Part shown: positions 9,837-19,603 of the stretch, one piece after another | Position numbering within the stretch: the stretch's first letter is position 1 | How the letters are laid out: every line of letters begins with the position of its first letter | From: Candidatus Latescibacterota bacterium | Lineage (GTDB): Bacteria; Latescibacterota; UBA2968; UBA8231 | Length of the DNA: 64,000 nucleotides | Assembly (NCBI GenBank): GCA_965197905.1 | Contig: CBDAOB010000004.1 | Coordinates: 192,001 to 256,000 of the forward strand | Reading direction: 5' to 3' | Notes under the pieces: model-generated | Database searches by the model: none | What the model was told of the DNA's origin: nothing | What the model saw: the letters and a program-made list of their open reading frames with translations, nothing else | Program-made: the position numbers and the translations under genes

Positions 9837-10583
9837 ATGCGAAACGTCGATTACATCGATCTGGCCAACGGCGAACGAGAAAAGAGCTTCTTCTTCGTCC
9901 TCAACGCATATCTGCACTCCCGCATCGATCGCAAGCGCGAATCGATCGATGACGAAGAGGTCAACGTCTATATGGCCCACCTCCTGCACTCGCTGGTCGA
10001 TGGTCGGTTCTACACCGACAATCACGAGCTCCTGGCGACCACCCCCACCGACGTATTCACGAAAGGGGAGGAGTGCGACAGCAACCACCACAAGCTCAAG
10101 GTCTACCGGGCGAACGCCGATCATCGCTTCATCTCCTTCGGCCTGTTTTCAGGTTTTGGGGACCACCGATCGCGCTACGGGGCCAACCAAAACAGCAGCG
10201 AAACCTATCTGGAGCAAGCCCAGCAGTTCTATTCCTGGGCAGCCGTGTTCTCTTCCAGGCTCCCGCGAAAATACCGGGGATTGTCCGCGACGCTGGAAAA
10301 GATCGCGGATCAATTCGAGATCTACCTCGAAATTCTCGGCCATATGGGCAGCAAGTACTTCAACCTGTTGCAGCGGCTGACCACCGGTGAGCTGTTCCAT
10401 TTGGAACGCGAGATCAACGATCGCGCAAAACCCGCCATCTGCGACGTGGCCCTGGACCGCATGCTAGACGCCTATAACTGCTGGCAGTCACACCGCAGCG
10501 ATAAGAGTCGCGCTCAGTTCGTCGAAGCGCGCGAACAGTACGGCGCTCTCAACCCACAGTTCTCCGCTCAAAGTCTCGACTAG
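9837..10583 (+). CDS. Hypothetical protein, predicted mostly helical (248 aa)
   Basis: AGGAGG RBS, own promoter, natural-looking composition; no named family recognised. Confidence 0.8.
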   Translation: MRNVDYIDLANGEREKSFFFVLNAYLHSRIDRKRESIDDEEVNVYMAHLLHSLVDGRFYTDNHELLATTPTDVFTKGEECDSNHHKLKVYRANADHRFISFGLFSGFGDHRSRYGANQNSSETYLEQAQQFYSWAAVFSSRLPRKYRGLSATLEKIADQFEIYLEILGHMGSKYFNLLQRLTTGELFHLEREINDRAKPAICDVALDRMLDAYNCWQSHRSDKSRAQFVEAREQYGALNPQFSAQSLD

Positions 10584-10625
10584 TCTCCTTCTCGGAAGAA
10601 CGACGACGCAACACATCGGTACGGC

Positions 10626-10654
10626 TTGAACTGCCATGGCCGTTTTGATAGGTT
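10626..10654 (+). promoter_or_regulatory. sigma70-type promoter for glcD
   Basis: TTGAAC-N17-TAGGTT with extended -10 TG. Confidence 0.4.
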
Positions 10655-10702
10655 GCTCGGTAGCTCTCCGCATTCCTGTACGCCTAACCACAGAATCCTT
10701 CC

Positions 10703-12190
10703 ATGCGACTTCCCGAACCAAAAGCCGAACGTCTGGCGAAGCGCCCCGAACTGCTACGACGACTCGGGGAGATCCTGTGCGAGGATCAGCTGATTCACCG
10801 TCCCGAACAGCTGGCCGTTTACGAGTGCGACGCATTGTCGGCCTATCGCCAGCGGCCGATGGTGGTGGTTCTGGCAAACGACACAGCCGATGTGGTGGGC
10901 ACGCTTCGCACCTGTTCCGAGCTCGAGATTCCACTCGTGCCGTGGGGAGCCGGCACGGGACTCTCGGGTGGTGCCCTCGCTCTCCAGGATGGGGTGATGT
11001 TGAGCCTGGCACGCATGAACCAGGTGATCGACATCGACCTGGACAACCGCACAGCCACGGTCCAACCAGGGGTCACCAATCTTGCCATTACCGAGGCAGT
11101 CAAAGACCGGGGGTTCTACTACGCACCCGATCCGTCGAGCCAACTCGCCTGCACCATAGGAGGCAACGTCGCCGAAAACTCTGGAGGCGTTCACTGCCTC
11201 AAATACGGCGTTACCACCAATAACGTCCTTGGTCTGGAGGTTGTTCTCGTAGACGGCGAGACCGTCAGAATGGGCGGCAAAGCGATGGACCAAGCAGGGT
11301 ATGATCTGCTCGCACTGCTGACCGGTTCGGAGGGTCTTCTCGCCGTAATTACAGAGGTGACGGTGAGATTGTTGCGCCGGCCGGAAACCGCGCGAGCGAT
11401 CATGGCCGTCTTCGATTCGATAGAAGCGGCCGGCAAAGCGGTCGCCGACACGATCGGGGCGGGCATGGTACCCGCGGGCATGGAGATTATGGACCGGCTC
11501 TCGATCCGAGCAGTAGAAGGGTTTGTGCACGCCGGTTATCCGACGGATGCGGAATCACTTTTGTTGGTTGAACTGGACGGACCTACCAGCGAAGTGGAAC
11601 AGCAAATAGGAAAGCTCGAAGTCTTGCTGCGTGACAGCGGTGCTCAGGAACTGCGCGTCTCGACGAACGAAGAGGATCGTGTTAAGCTGTGGGCGGGACG
11701 CAAGGCAGCCTTCGGCGCCATGGGCAACGTCAGTCCAGATTACTACTGCATGGACGGGACCATACCGCGGGGCAAACTCCCCGAGGTACTGGGTCGTATC
11801 GGCGAACTCAGCAAGAGTTTCGGTTTGCGCGTAGCCAACGTGTTTCACGCCGGAGACGGCAATCTTCACCCCCTGGTGCTGTACGACGGGAACGTGCCCG
11901 GTGAATTGGAAAAGGCCGAGACCCTAGGTGCCGAGATCTTGAAATATTGTGTGGAGGTGGGAGGTGTGCTGAGTGGTGAGCACGGCGTCGGCATCGAGAA
12001 ACGAGATCTCATGCCTTGCATGTTTGCGGATGCCGATCTGGATACCCAAGAGCGGGTTAAAGCGGCTTTCGATCCGCTGGGACTGTTGAATCCCGGTAAG
12101 GTTTTTCCCCAGCTGCGCCATTGCGTGGAAGGTGGTCGCATGCACGTACACGGGGACGACATGCAGTTTGAACATCTCGAGCGCTACTGA
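10703..12190 (+). CDS. glcD: Glycolate oxidase FAD-linked subunit GlcD
   Basis: YECDAL, GAGTGLSGGA, APDPSSQ.ACTIGGNVAENSGGVHCLKYG, HAGDGNLHP, GEHGVGIEK and LNPGK. Confidence 0.92.
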   Translation: MRLPEPKAERLAKRPELLRRLGEILCEDQLIHRPEQLAVYECDALSAYRQRPMVVVLANDTADVVGTLRTCSELEIPLVPWGAGTGLSGGALALQDGVMLSLARMNQVIDIDLDNRTATVQPGVTNLAITEAVKDRGFYYAPDPSSQLACTIGGNVAENSGGVHCLKYGVTTNNVLGLEVVLVDGETVRMGGKAMDQAGYDLLALLTGSEGLLAVITEVTVRLLRRPETARAIMAVFDSIEAAGKAVADTIGAGMVPAGMEIMDRLSIRAVEGFVHAGYPTDAESLLLVELDGPTSEVEQQIGKLEVLLRDSGAQELRVSTNEEDRVKLWAGRKAAFGAMGNVSPDYYCMDGTIPRGKLPEVLGRIGELSKSFGLRVANVFHAGDGNLHPLVLYDGNVPGELEKAETLGAEILKYCVEVGGVLSGEHGVGIEKRDLMPCMFADADLDTQERVKAAFDPLGLLNPGKVFPQLRHCVEGGRMHVHGDDMQFEHLERY

Positions 12191-12255
12191 TGCCCCTGGT
12201 TCTCTTCCTCCATGGTAGCTAGGTCCTCGGGCGATTCGCCCGCTAACACCCCGTA

Positions 12256-13419
12256 ATGGATAAATCAATTCTGTCCTTCCGCCCCGACACCACCGATGCG
12301 GTGACGGAGACCGTGCGCACGGCGTTGGCGGAAAGCAGCCCCCTCGCGATAAGCGGCGGCAACACCAAGTCGCATCTTGGACGTAGGGTCCCCGGGTTGA
12401 CGCCGCTGGATATGTCCCGGCTTTCGGGCGTTGTGGACTATGAACCGGCCGAGCTCATCCTCATCGCGAAACCGGGAACGAGATTGAGCGAGTTGGAGAC
12501 GATGTTGGAGGGGGAAGGCCAGCGCTTTGCTTTCGAACCTCCAAGCTGGGGGGCCGCGGCCACCATAGGTGGTACCGTTGCCTGCAATCTGTCGGGCCCG
12601 CGGCGATTCAAAGCAGGGGCACTACGAGACCATCTACTGGGCATCGAGATGGTGAACGGCCATGGAGAGCGGGTGCGAGCCGGGGGGCGGGTGGTCAAGA
12701 ATGTTACCGGCTACGATCTCGCCCGGGTGCTTGCGGGCTCGTTCGGCACCTTGGGCGTTCTCACCGAGGTCTGCCTCAAGGTGTTGCCCGCGGCTAAGTG
12801 TGAGCACACCCTCTGCGTTTCTGATATGACACCTAACGAAGCGTTGGAATACATGCTGTCATGGGCTGCTCTCCCCTTGGAGATAACGGGAATGGCGTAT
12901 TCGCCTGCTGCCGGTCTGCGCGTCCGCGTCGAAGGAGCAGGAAGAGCGGTCCAGTTGCAGGTGGACCGTCTGAAGCGGCTTTGCTCGGCGGAGACCGGGC
13001 TTTTGGACAACAACGCCTCGAGCGAATTCTGGCGCCAATGGCGAGAGTTGGAATGGCTGCAGCCGGCCGAACGCGAGCAGCGCTGGCGGTTTTCATGTCC
13101 ACCTGCACGGGCGTCGCGGTTGATGGAGGCGCTACGGGCACATGGGCTGCAGACCTATGGATTCGACTGGGCGGGCGGCTTGCTTTGGGGCCTCTTTCCC
13201 ACGGAAGCTGAAATTGGCGTGATTCACCGCACCGCCGTTCGACACGAAGCCATCGCCTGGCGTTTCGCGAGCGGGAACGGAGGACGCAACGAAGAGGCTT
13301 TTACACCACCGTGCGGCCCCGTGGTTCGCATGAACCAGACCCTAAAACGGGCGCTCGACCCCCAGGCCATCTTCAATCCCGGACGTATTTCCGCCCTCGA
13401 CGAAGTTCAGCCGGTGTAA
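12256..13419 (+). CDS. glcE: Glycolate oxidase FAD-binding subunit GlcE
   Basis: YEPAEL, ATIGG..CNLSGPRR, GGRVVKNVTGYDL, GSFGTLG and DP..FNPGR; follows glcD. Confidence 0.9.
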   Translation: MDKSILSFRPDTTDAVTETVRTALAESSPLAISGGNTKSHLGRRVPGLTPLDMSRLSGVVDYEPAELILIAKPGTRLSELETMLEGEGQRFAFEPPSWGAAATIGGTVACNLSGPRRFKAGALRDHLLGIEMVNGHGERVRAGGRVVKNVTGYDLARVLAGSFGTLGVLTEVCLKVLPAAKCEHTLCVSDMTPNEALEYMLSWAALPLEITGMAYSPAAGLRVRVEGAGRAVQLQVDRLKRLCSAETGLLDNNASSEFWRQWRELEWLQPAEREQRWRFSCPPARASRLMEALRAHGLQTYGFDWAGGLLWGLFPTEAEIGVIHRTAVRHEAIAWRFASGNGGRNEEAFTPPCGPVVRMNQTLKRALDPQAIFNPGRISALDEVQPV

Positions 13420-13451
13420 GTCTCCCGCTGTGTTCACTCGGCGCCGCTGCG

Positions 13452-13480
13452 TTGACACCCGGTAACCCAATCCTTAGCAT
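13452..13480 (+). promoter_or_regulatory. sigma70-type promoter
   Basis: TTGACA-N17-TAGCAT upstream of the polyprenyl synthase gene. Confidence 0.6.
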
Positions 13481-13546
13481 TTCGATTTCCCGCGTCAGAA
13501 CGCGAAGACTGTCCGTTCCAACCACTCCAAAACTAATCCTCTGTAG

Positions 13547-14515
13547 ATGGACCGATTTCTAGCTCCCGTCCAACGAGAAATGCAGAGCGTCGAAGAATGC
13601 CTGGACGCCGCTTTGAAGTCGGATGTGGCGATGGTCCACGAGATCGCACGCTATATGTCGACCATGAAGGGGAAGCGTCTGCGTCCGGCGCTGGCGCTCC
13701 TCGGGGCCAAAGCAACCGAATCCTGGGACGACCGGATCATCGAGGGCGCCGCGGCCGTGGAGATGATCCACGCGGCAACCATGATTCATGATGACGTGGT
13801 CGATTCGGCGACCATGCGACGGGGAAAGTCCTCCGTCAACTCGGTGTGGAGCGGCCAGGTAGCCGTTCTCATGGGCGACTTTCTGCTAGCCAGGGCTCTC
13901 GGCATGCTCGTCGATCTGGGCAATCTCGACGCGCTCGGAGCGGTGGCACGGGCGACGGAACGACTCAGTCAGGGCGAGATCTTCGAGATCCAGATCAGCC
14001 GCGAAACCGACACCAGTCGCGCATCGTATTTTGCGATGGTGGGTGACAAGACCGCTTCCCTGATCGCCGCCGCCTGTAAACTGGGACCCCACCTTGCAGG
14101 TGCGTCGCCGGCGGCCACCAAAGCCATGGGCGAGTACGGCGAGGCCCTGGGGTTGGCCTTTCAGATAGCTGACGATGTACTCGATTTCACCGGCGATGCG
14201 TCGACTCTGGGAAAGCCGGTGGGGCACGACCTGCAAGAGGGCAAGATCACCCTGCCTCTCATAATGGCTCTCGGCGATGCGCCCCCCGCGGAACGAACCC
14301 AGGTCGAAGAAATCCTCGAAAAGCCGCAGAAGTCCCCTGAAGAATGGGCCAGAGTCGTCCGCTTCGTCGATGAAGGTGGTGGAGTTGACGCGGCGCGGCA
14401 GCTGGCTTTGGAATATGCCGACAAGGCGCAGACCTGTCTGCGTGAGCTACCCTCCTCTCCAGCGCGAGACGTGCTCGAATTGGGCGTGCGACTCGTCGTG
14501 AACCGCAACAGCTGA
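13547..14515 (+). CDS. Polyprenyl diphosphate synthase (IspB/HepT-like)
   Basis: GKRLRP, first DDxxD motif (HDDVVD..RRG), KTA, second motif FQIADDVLD, GKPVGHDL.EGKITLP. Confidence 0.93.
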   Translation: MDRFLAPVQREMQSVEECLDAALKSDVAMVHEIARYMSTMKGKRLRPALALLGAKATESWDDRIIEGAAAVEMIHAATMIHDDVVDSATMRRGKSSVNSVWSGQVAVLMGDFLLARALGMLVDLGNLDALGAVARATERLSQGEIFEIQISRETDTSRASYFAMVGDKTASLIAAACKLGPHLAGASPAATKAMGEYGEALGLAFQIADDVLDFTGDASTLGKPVGHDLQEGKITLPLIMALGDAPPAERTQVEEILEKPQKSPEEWARVVRFVDEGGGVDAARQLALEYADKAQTCLRELPSSPARDVLELGVRLVVNRNS

Positions 14516-14519
14516 AGCG

Positions 14520-15527
14520 ATGAAGACCAGGTTGCTCATGGCGGCGGCCGGTCTTCTCCTCATCATATATCTGCTACCCAGCTGGCGAGAAGCCGGCCCT
14601 GTGCGTCGAGCCCATGTGGCGATGGGTACCCTGGTTACCGTCAAGCTATACGGCGACCGGGAAACGTCCCTGGTCGCAATGGAGTCCGGCACCGCCGAGA
14701 TCGACCGCATCGAATCGATCATGAGTCACTACTCCGCTGCCAGCGAGCTGGCCCGGGTGGAGTCTTTGGCGGCGATCTCGGCCACGGCTTGCTCCCCGGA
14801 ATTGGCTCAGGTCATCCGGCGATCGCAAGAGCTTGCCAGCTCCAGTGGCGGCGCGTTCGACATCACGGTCGGTGCGTTCTCCCGCCTGTGGAACTTCCCC
14901 GACGGCAACACGGTGCCCCCACTGGCGGCGCTCCAGTCCGCGAGCGGAAAGGTGGATTTTCGCCTGGTGCACCTCGAGGGTAATAGACTGCGATTGCAAA
15001 CAGCGGGCATGAGCCTGGATCTGGGCGCGGCCGCCAAGGGATACGCGGTCGACCGCGCGGCGACGACGTTTCAACGGCACGGGGTGACCTGCGGACTGAT
15101 CGAGGCGGGTGGCGATATCCGCTACTGGGGCCGCAAGCCGGACGGTTCCTCCTGGCGCTTCGGCATTCAGCATCCGCGGCGGCCGGATGAGATTATTGAA
15201 GCGGAGGATATCGGCTTGAGTGCTCTGGCCACGTCGGGGGACTACGAGCAGTTTTTCGAATTCGAAGGCCGACGATTTCACCACATCCTCGACCCCGCTA
15301 CGGGATACCCGTCGCGCGCCTCGACCAGCGCTACCGTCTGGGCAGACAACGCGATGGACGCCGATATTCTCGCCACCGCCGCCTTCGTGATGGGTCCGTC
15401 CGACGCCATTTCGTGGATCGAGTCCCTGCCGCGGACGGAAGCTCTCATCTTTTTCGAACGGGAGGGAGTGTTGGACCACCGCGTAACCAGTGGCGTCGAG
15501 GGCCGCTTACGCTTCGCGCAGCCGTGA
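14520..15527 (+). CDS. apbE: FAD:protein FMN transferase (ApbE family)
   Basis: AMGT, FDITVG, DLGAAAKGYAVD, GGDI, ATSGDYE, HHILDP.TG and ADILATA. Confidence 0.93.
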   Translation: MKTRLLMAAAGLLLIIYLLPSWREAGPVRRAHVAMGTLVTVKLYGDRETSLVAMESGTAEIDRIESIMSHYSAASELARVESLAAISATACSPELAQVIRRSQELASSSGGAFDITVGAFSRLWNFPDGNTVPPLAALQSASGKVDFRLVHLEGNRLRLQTAGMSLDLGAAAKGYAVDRAATTFQRHGVTCGLIEAGGDIRYWGRKPDGSSWRFGIQHPRRPDEIIEAEDIGLSALATSGDYEQFFEFEGRRFHHILDPATGYPSRASTSATVWADNAMDADILATAAFVMGPSDAISWIESLPRTEALIFFEREGVLDHRVTSGVEGRLRFAQP

Positions 15528-15595
15528 CATTTTTCTTATGTTACAAGTTTTGAACCGGATCAAAAGCACCACGTGAAGAGAGTTCTTAAGACACC

Positions 15596-18160
15596 ATGAC
15601 GAAACACTGGAAGCCGATTCTAATCATCGGTCTTATCGCCGCCGCGGTGGTGTATCTCTACCCCAGCCTGCAATTCTACGGCATGAGTTCGGCGGAACGC
15701 ACGCTGATGGGAACCTCCTCACCCGAGCGTCTCGCCGATCTGCACAGAAGATCTCTCAATCTCGGTCTGGATTTGCAGGGCGGGATCCATCTCGTGTTGG
15801 AGGTAGACCTCAGCGAACTTCCGGAAGAGGAAGCCCTGGATGCCGTCGACCGCGCGCAGGAGGTCATTCGAAATCGAATCGACCAGTTCGGCGTCGCCGA
15901 ACCCACCATCCAGCGCCAGGGCGACAACCGCATTATCGTTGAGCTTCCCGGCGTCCAGAATGTGCAGCGGGCAAAGGATCTCGTAGGCCAAACGGCGCTG
16001 CTGGAGTTCCAGCTGCTTGAAACCGAATCTGAGCGCGATCGCGTGATACAGCGGGTGGACGCGGTTTTGGACACCGAATCGGGAACCGCCTTTTCCGACA
16101 CCTCGGAAAGCGTGTCGGAAACGGGACTGTTCGAGGAATCGGAGGAGGTGGACGAGCCGTTGGAGACGCGGACGCTGAGCTCGCTGCTGGCCCCAATTGG
16201 CGAAGATCTGGCTTTTTCCGCCAAGAGCCTTCCCCGAATCCGGTCCATCTTGGGGGATCCTTCGACGGCGGAGATCCTGCCCAACGACATGGAGTTTGTC
16301 CACAGTAGCAAGCCGGAGGGACCTGAAGGAAACAGGTATTACCGCCTGTATCTGGTGCGCAAGAAGCCGGAGATGACCGGCAACGTAGTGCAGGATGCCT
16401 TTGTCTCTTTCGGCCAAAGCGTCGAATACCTGGGTCAGCCGATCGTCAATTTCACGACCACGGATGATGGGGTGCGGCTCTTCGCCCGCATCACCGGCTC
16501 ACACGTCGGCGATCGCCTGGCGATCGTACTTGACGGGACGGTCTATTCGGCGCCCACGATTCAAACGCGGATCCCGAACGGACGCTCGATCATTACCGGA
16601 AGCACCGATGAGGCGGAGGCAAAAGATCTGGCTATCGTTCTGCGTGCCGGCGCCCTGCCCGCCAAGGTCGAAATCATCGAGGACCGCACCGTCGGTCCGT
16701 CTTTGGGTCGGGACTCCATCCAACAGGGGAAAACGGCAGCGACCTACAGCATGATCCTCGTAGTTGTTTTCATGCTGCTCTACTATCGTCTCGCGGGTCT
16801 CCTAGCTGACATCGCGTTGAGTTTGAATATCCTCTTCGTACTAGGGGTTCTTTCCGGCTTTCACGCCACGTTGACTCTTCCAGGCATCGCGGGAATCATT
16901 CTGACTATCGGCATGGCCGTCGATGCCAACGTGCTCATATTCGAACGGATCAGGGAAGAGCTGCGATCCGGAAAAACCGTACGCGCCGCCATCGACAGCG
17001 GGTACAACAACGCTCTGTCTGCCATCATCGACGCCAACCTGACAACCCTCATGGTGGGGATCGTGTTGTATCAGTTCGGCACCGGGCCGATTCGCGGATT
17101 CGCGTTGACGTTGTGCATCGGCATTATCTCCAGCTTGTTTACCGCGTTTTTCGTTACCCGAACCTTATTTGACCTGATTACCCGCGGCCGGCAGTCAGAC
17201 AGTCTCAGCATCGGTCCGCTGGCCCTGTTCTCGGGATTGCGCTTCAGGTTTTTGTCCATGCGCAAGGCGGCGGCCACGATTTCCCTGGCCGTCTTCGGAC
17301 TGGGACTGGTCTCCGTAGTCGGAATCAACGGTGTGCCTCTTGGCATCGACTTCGCCGGCGGCACGCTCCTCGAGGTTCACTTCGAGCCGGCGGTGGCAGT
17401 CAAAGATATCCGCGCCAAGATGGCCGACGTCCTCGTGGACGACAAGATTCTCGACCTCAGTTCGAGCGAAATCAAACAGTTCGGCTCCGAGAACGACATC
17501 TTGATTCGCACCGCCGAAAGCGAGACTGGCACGGATGTCGCCGACGGCATCAAACAGGTTTTGAAGTCCGGTTTCGCGTCGAACATACCGGACGAGCTGG
17601 AATGGATCCGCCGGCAGGAGAAGGTGGGGCCGAAGATCGGCACCGAGTTGAGCGAGGCCGCCGTCAAGGCGGTGTTGGTTTCGCTCTTGCTGATTTTAAT
17701 CTACATGGCCTGGAGATTCCACCGTTTTCTCTACGGCATAGCCGCTGTCATTGCCTTGTTTCATGACGTCCTCATTACCGTGGGGCTGCTTTCGATCTTC
17801 AATATCGAGATAACCCTCGCCGTGGTCGCGGCCTTGCTGGCCATCGTGGGGTATTCGCTGAACGACACCATCGTCGTTTTCGATCGCATCCGCGAAAACC
17901 TGCACACGACGCGCAAGGAGGGTTTCGCCGCAACCCTGGACCTCAGCGTAAACGAGTGCCTGAGCAGAACGCTGGTGACGTCTGTAACGACGTTGATGGC
18001 GGTGTTGGTGTTGATGGTTTGGGGAGGGGAGGTCAACAGGGACTTCACCATAACGCTGATGATCGGCGTCTTGATCGGAACCTACTCTTCCGTATTCATC
18101 GCTACCCCCGCTGTATACCTCGGTCAGATCTACTCCGAGCAAAAGGAGAAGAAGGGATAG
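15596..18160 (+). CDS. secDF: Protein translocase SecDF fusion
   Basis: SecD motifs LGLDLQGG, RIDQFGVAEP, VGPSLG and GMAVDANV, then SecF motifs GIDFAGG, VGPKIG and GYSLNDTIVVFDRIRE, all in one ORF. Confidence 0.96.
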   Translation: MTKHWKPILIIGLIAAAVVYLYPSLQFYGMSSAERTLMGTSSPERLADLHRRSLNLGLDLQGGIHLVLEVDLSELPEEEALDAVDRAQEVIRNRIDQFGVAEPTIQRQGDNRIIVELPGVQNVQRAKDLVGQTALLEFQLLETESERDRVIQRVDAVLDTESGTAFSDTSESVSETGLFEESEEVDEPLETRTLSSLLAPIGEDLAFSAKSLPRIRSILGDPSTAEILPNDMEFVHSSKPEGPEGNRYYRLYLVRKKPEMTGNVVQDAFVSFGQSVEYLGQPIVNFTTTDDGVRLFARITGSHVGDRLAIVLDGTVYSAPTIQTRIPNGRSIITGSTDEAEAKDLAIVLRAGALPAKVEIIEDRTVGPSLGRDSIQQGKTAATYSMILVVVFMLLYYRLAGLLADIALSLNILFVLGVLSGFHATLTLPGIAGIILTIGMAVDANVLIFERIREELRSGKTVRAAIDSGYNNALSAIIDANLTTLMVGIVLYQFGTGPIRGFALTLCIGIISSLFTAFFVTRTLFDLITRGRQSDSLSIGPLALFSGLRFRFLSMRKAAATISLAVFGLGLVSVVGINGVPLGIDFAGGTLLEVHFEPAVAVKDIRAKMADVLVDDKILDLSSSEIKQFGSENDILIRTAESETGTDVADGIKQVLKSGFASNIPDELEWIRRQEKVGPKIGTELSEAAVKAVLVSLLLILIYMAWRFHRFLYGIAAVIALFHDVLITVGLLSIFNIEITLAVVAALLAIVGYSLNDTIVVFDRIRENLHTTRKEGFAATLDLSVNECLSRTLVTSVTTLMAVLVLMVWGGEVNRDFTITLMIGVLIGTYSSVFIATPAVYLGQIYSEQKEKKG

Positions 18161-18247
18161 TGTGAGTTTCGGGTTCCTTCTCGCAGACCGGAATTCGGCG
18201 AATGGATGGGGTCGTCCTACAAAGGGCTACCCCATTTTCGTTGTCAG

Positions 18248-19504
18248 ATGAAAGCTCTCGTAATCTTCAGCTTCGTCATCGTGTTGGGTGCTTTCGGTCC
18301 CCAGCGAGCCATAACCAGCAATCTGGATCCCTTGTGGATTCTGGGCATGGCGGGGATAGTAGCGTTTCTCTTCCACCAAATCTGTCAACGGCTGCATCTT
18401 GCACCCGTCGCCGGGTGGTTGTGCGCCGGCGTGGTTCTCGGTGTCGGGGGGTTGAAAATCCTGACGCCGGGGATCTCGTTTCCGATGTCTCACGCGTTCG
18501 CCATGGTGGCAGCCTGGGTCGGATTCGACGTCGGAATCAGATTGCGTTGGCAGCCACCGACTCGTTGGTCGCTGTTTATTGCCATCGCTGTAAACGGTTG
18601 CCTCACCGGAGCGCTGGTCGCAGTGGCCCTGGTTCTTCTGCTCCAAACACCCCTCTGGGTAGCGCTTGTGTTTGGGGCCTTTGCAAGCCTTTGGGGCCCT
18701 ATCTTTTCGTCGGCCAACAGCGCCGCGGACGACGAGGTGCTTCTCGTCTCGATGATCGGAACGGGGGTCGGCCTGGCATTTCTGATCTTCCTGATGGCCA
18801 TCTCCTACACCCACGGACCGTTCGGGAACGCGGCTCTGCAATTCGCTGGGAAACTCGGTCTTTCCCTCGCGTGCGGCGCACTGGCTGGCGAGGTCATCAG
18901 AAGTCTGCGGTTCTTTTCCTCGCGCCCCTCCGCGCTTTCCGTTTCCTTGGTTGGAGTCGCGATCGTAGCTGCCGCCGTTATCGCCCAGACCGGTCTCTTT
19001 GCTGTGCTGTTCGGGTTGACCGCCGGAGCCAGTCTCTCTTGGAGTCCCGAGATATCCCGTCGAAGTCGTGCGGTTTTTGACACCTCTCGGCCGATCGCGT
19101 TTATGATCTTCTTCGCCCTGATCGGTGCTTCGATAGATCCTGCCTCCTTTATCAAGCCGCCCCAAGGTTTCGTTCAGATCTTTGCGATTCAGATAGTCGC
19201 GCTGGTAATTGCGCGGATTCTATTTCCGCGCTTGTCGCGCTTTCTCGCAATTGGCGGCGGACAGCGGACGTGGATGTGGATCCCGCGGGGCGTACTCTTG
19301 TTCGAACTGGCGACTCACCTTCATGAGACAGCCACCGGCATGCTGCCCGACCCCTGGCCTCTTTTGCTGCGGCAGGTGGTGCATGCCGAGATCCTCCTGC
19401 ACGGGCTGGTAATCGCGCCAATAGCCTTGGCGTTGTCGCCGCGCCGCCGGCGGGAAGATCTGGCACCGGAGGGCAATCTCGCGCCGGCGTTCGATAGCGG
19501 CTGA
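18248..19504 (+). CDS. Polytopic membrane protein, distantly like cation:proton antiporters (CPA)
   Basis: About 12 hydrophobic segments; P.VAGWLCAGVVLG and IFFALIGASID resemble CPA-family segments. Start uncertain (18206 or 18248). Confidence 0.6.
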   Translation: MKALVIFSFVIVLGAFGPQRAITSNLDPLWILGMAGIVAFLFHQICQRLHLAPVAGWLCAGVVLGVGGLKILTPGISFPMSHAFAMVAAWVGFDVGIRLRWQPPTRWSLFIAIAVNGCLTGALVAVALVLLLQTPLWVALVFGAFASLWGPIFSSANSAADDEVLLVSMIGTGVGLAFLIFLMAISYTHGPFGNAALQFAGKLGLSLACGALAGEVIRSLRFFSSRPSALSVSLVGVAIVAAAVIAQTGLFAVLFGLTAGASLSWSPEISRRSRAVFDTSRPIAFMIFFALIGASIDPASFIKPPQGFVQIFAIQIVALVIARILFPRLSRFLAIGGGQRTWMWIPRGVLLFELATHLHETATGMLPDPWPLLLRQVVHAEILLHGLVIAPIALALSPRRRREDLAPEGNLAPAFDSG

Positions 19505-19603
19505 CAAGGCGCCTGCCGGCCTTATCTCCGGTCATTTGCTATGGATCTCAGGCGAATTGTGTCTGTTTTGCTAACGGGCTATATTGAATAATTCCATTTT
19601 TTT

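Noticed and set aside
8106..10583. GT2, macro-domain and hypothetical genes as an ADP-ribosylation toxin-antitoxin or defence system
   Set aside because: The macro domain is the ordinary YmdB type, no ADP-ribosyltransferase motif was found, and the hypothetical gene has its own promoter.
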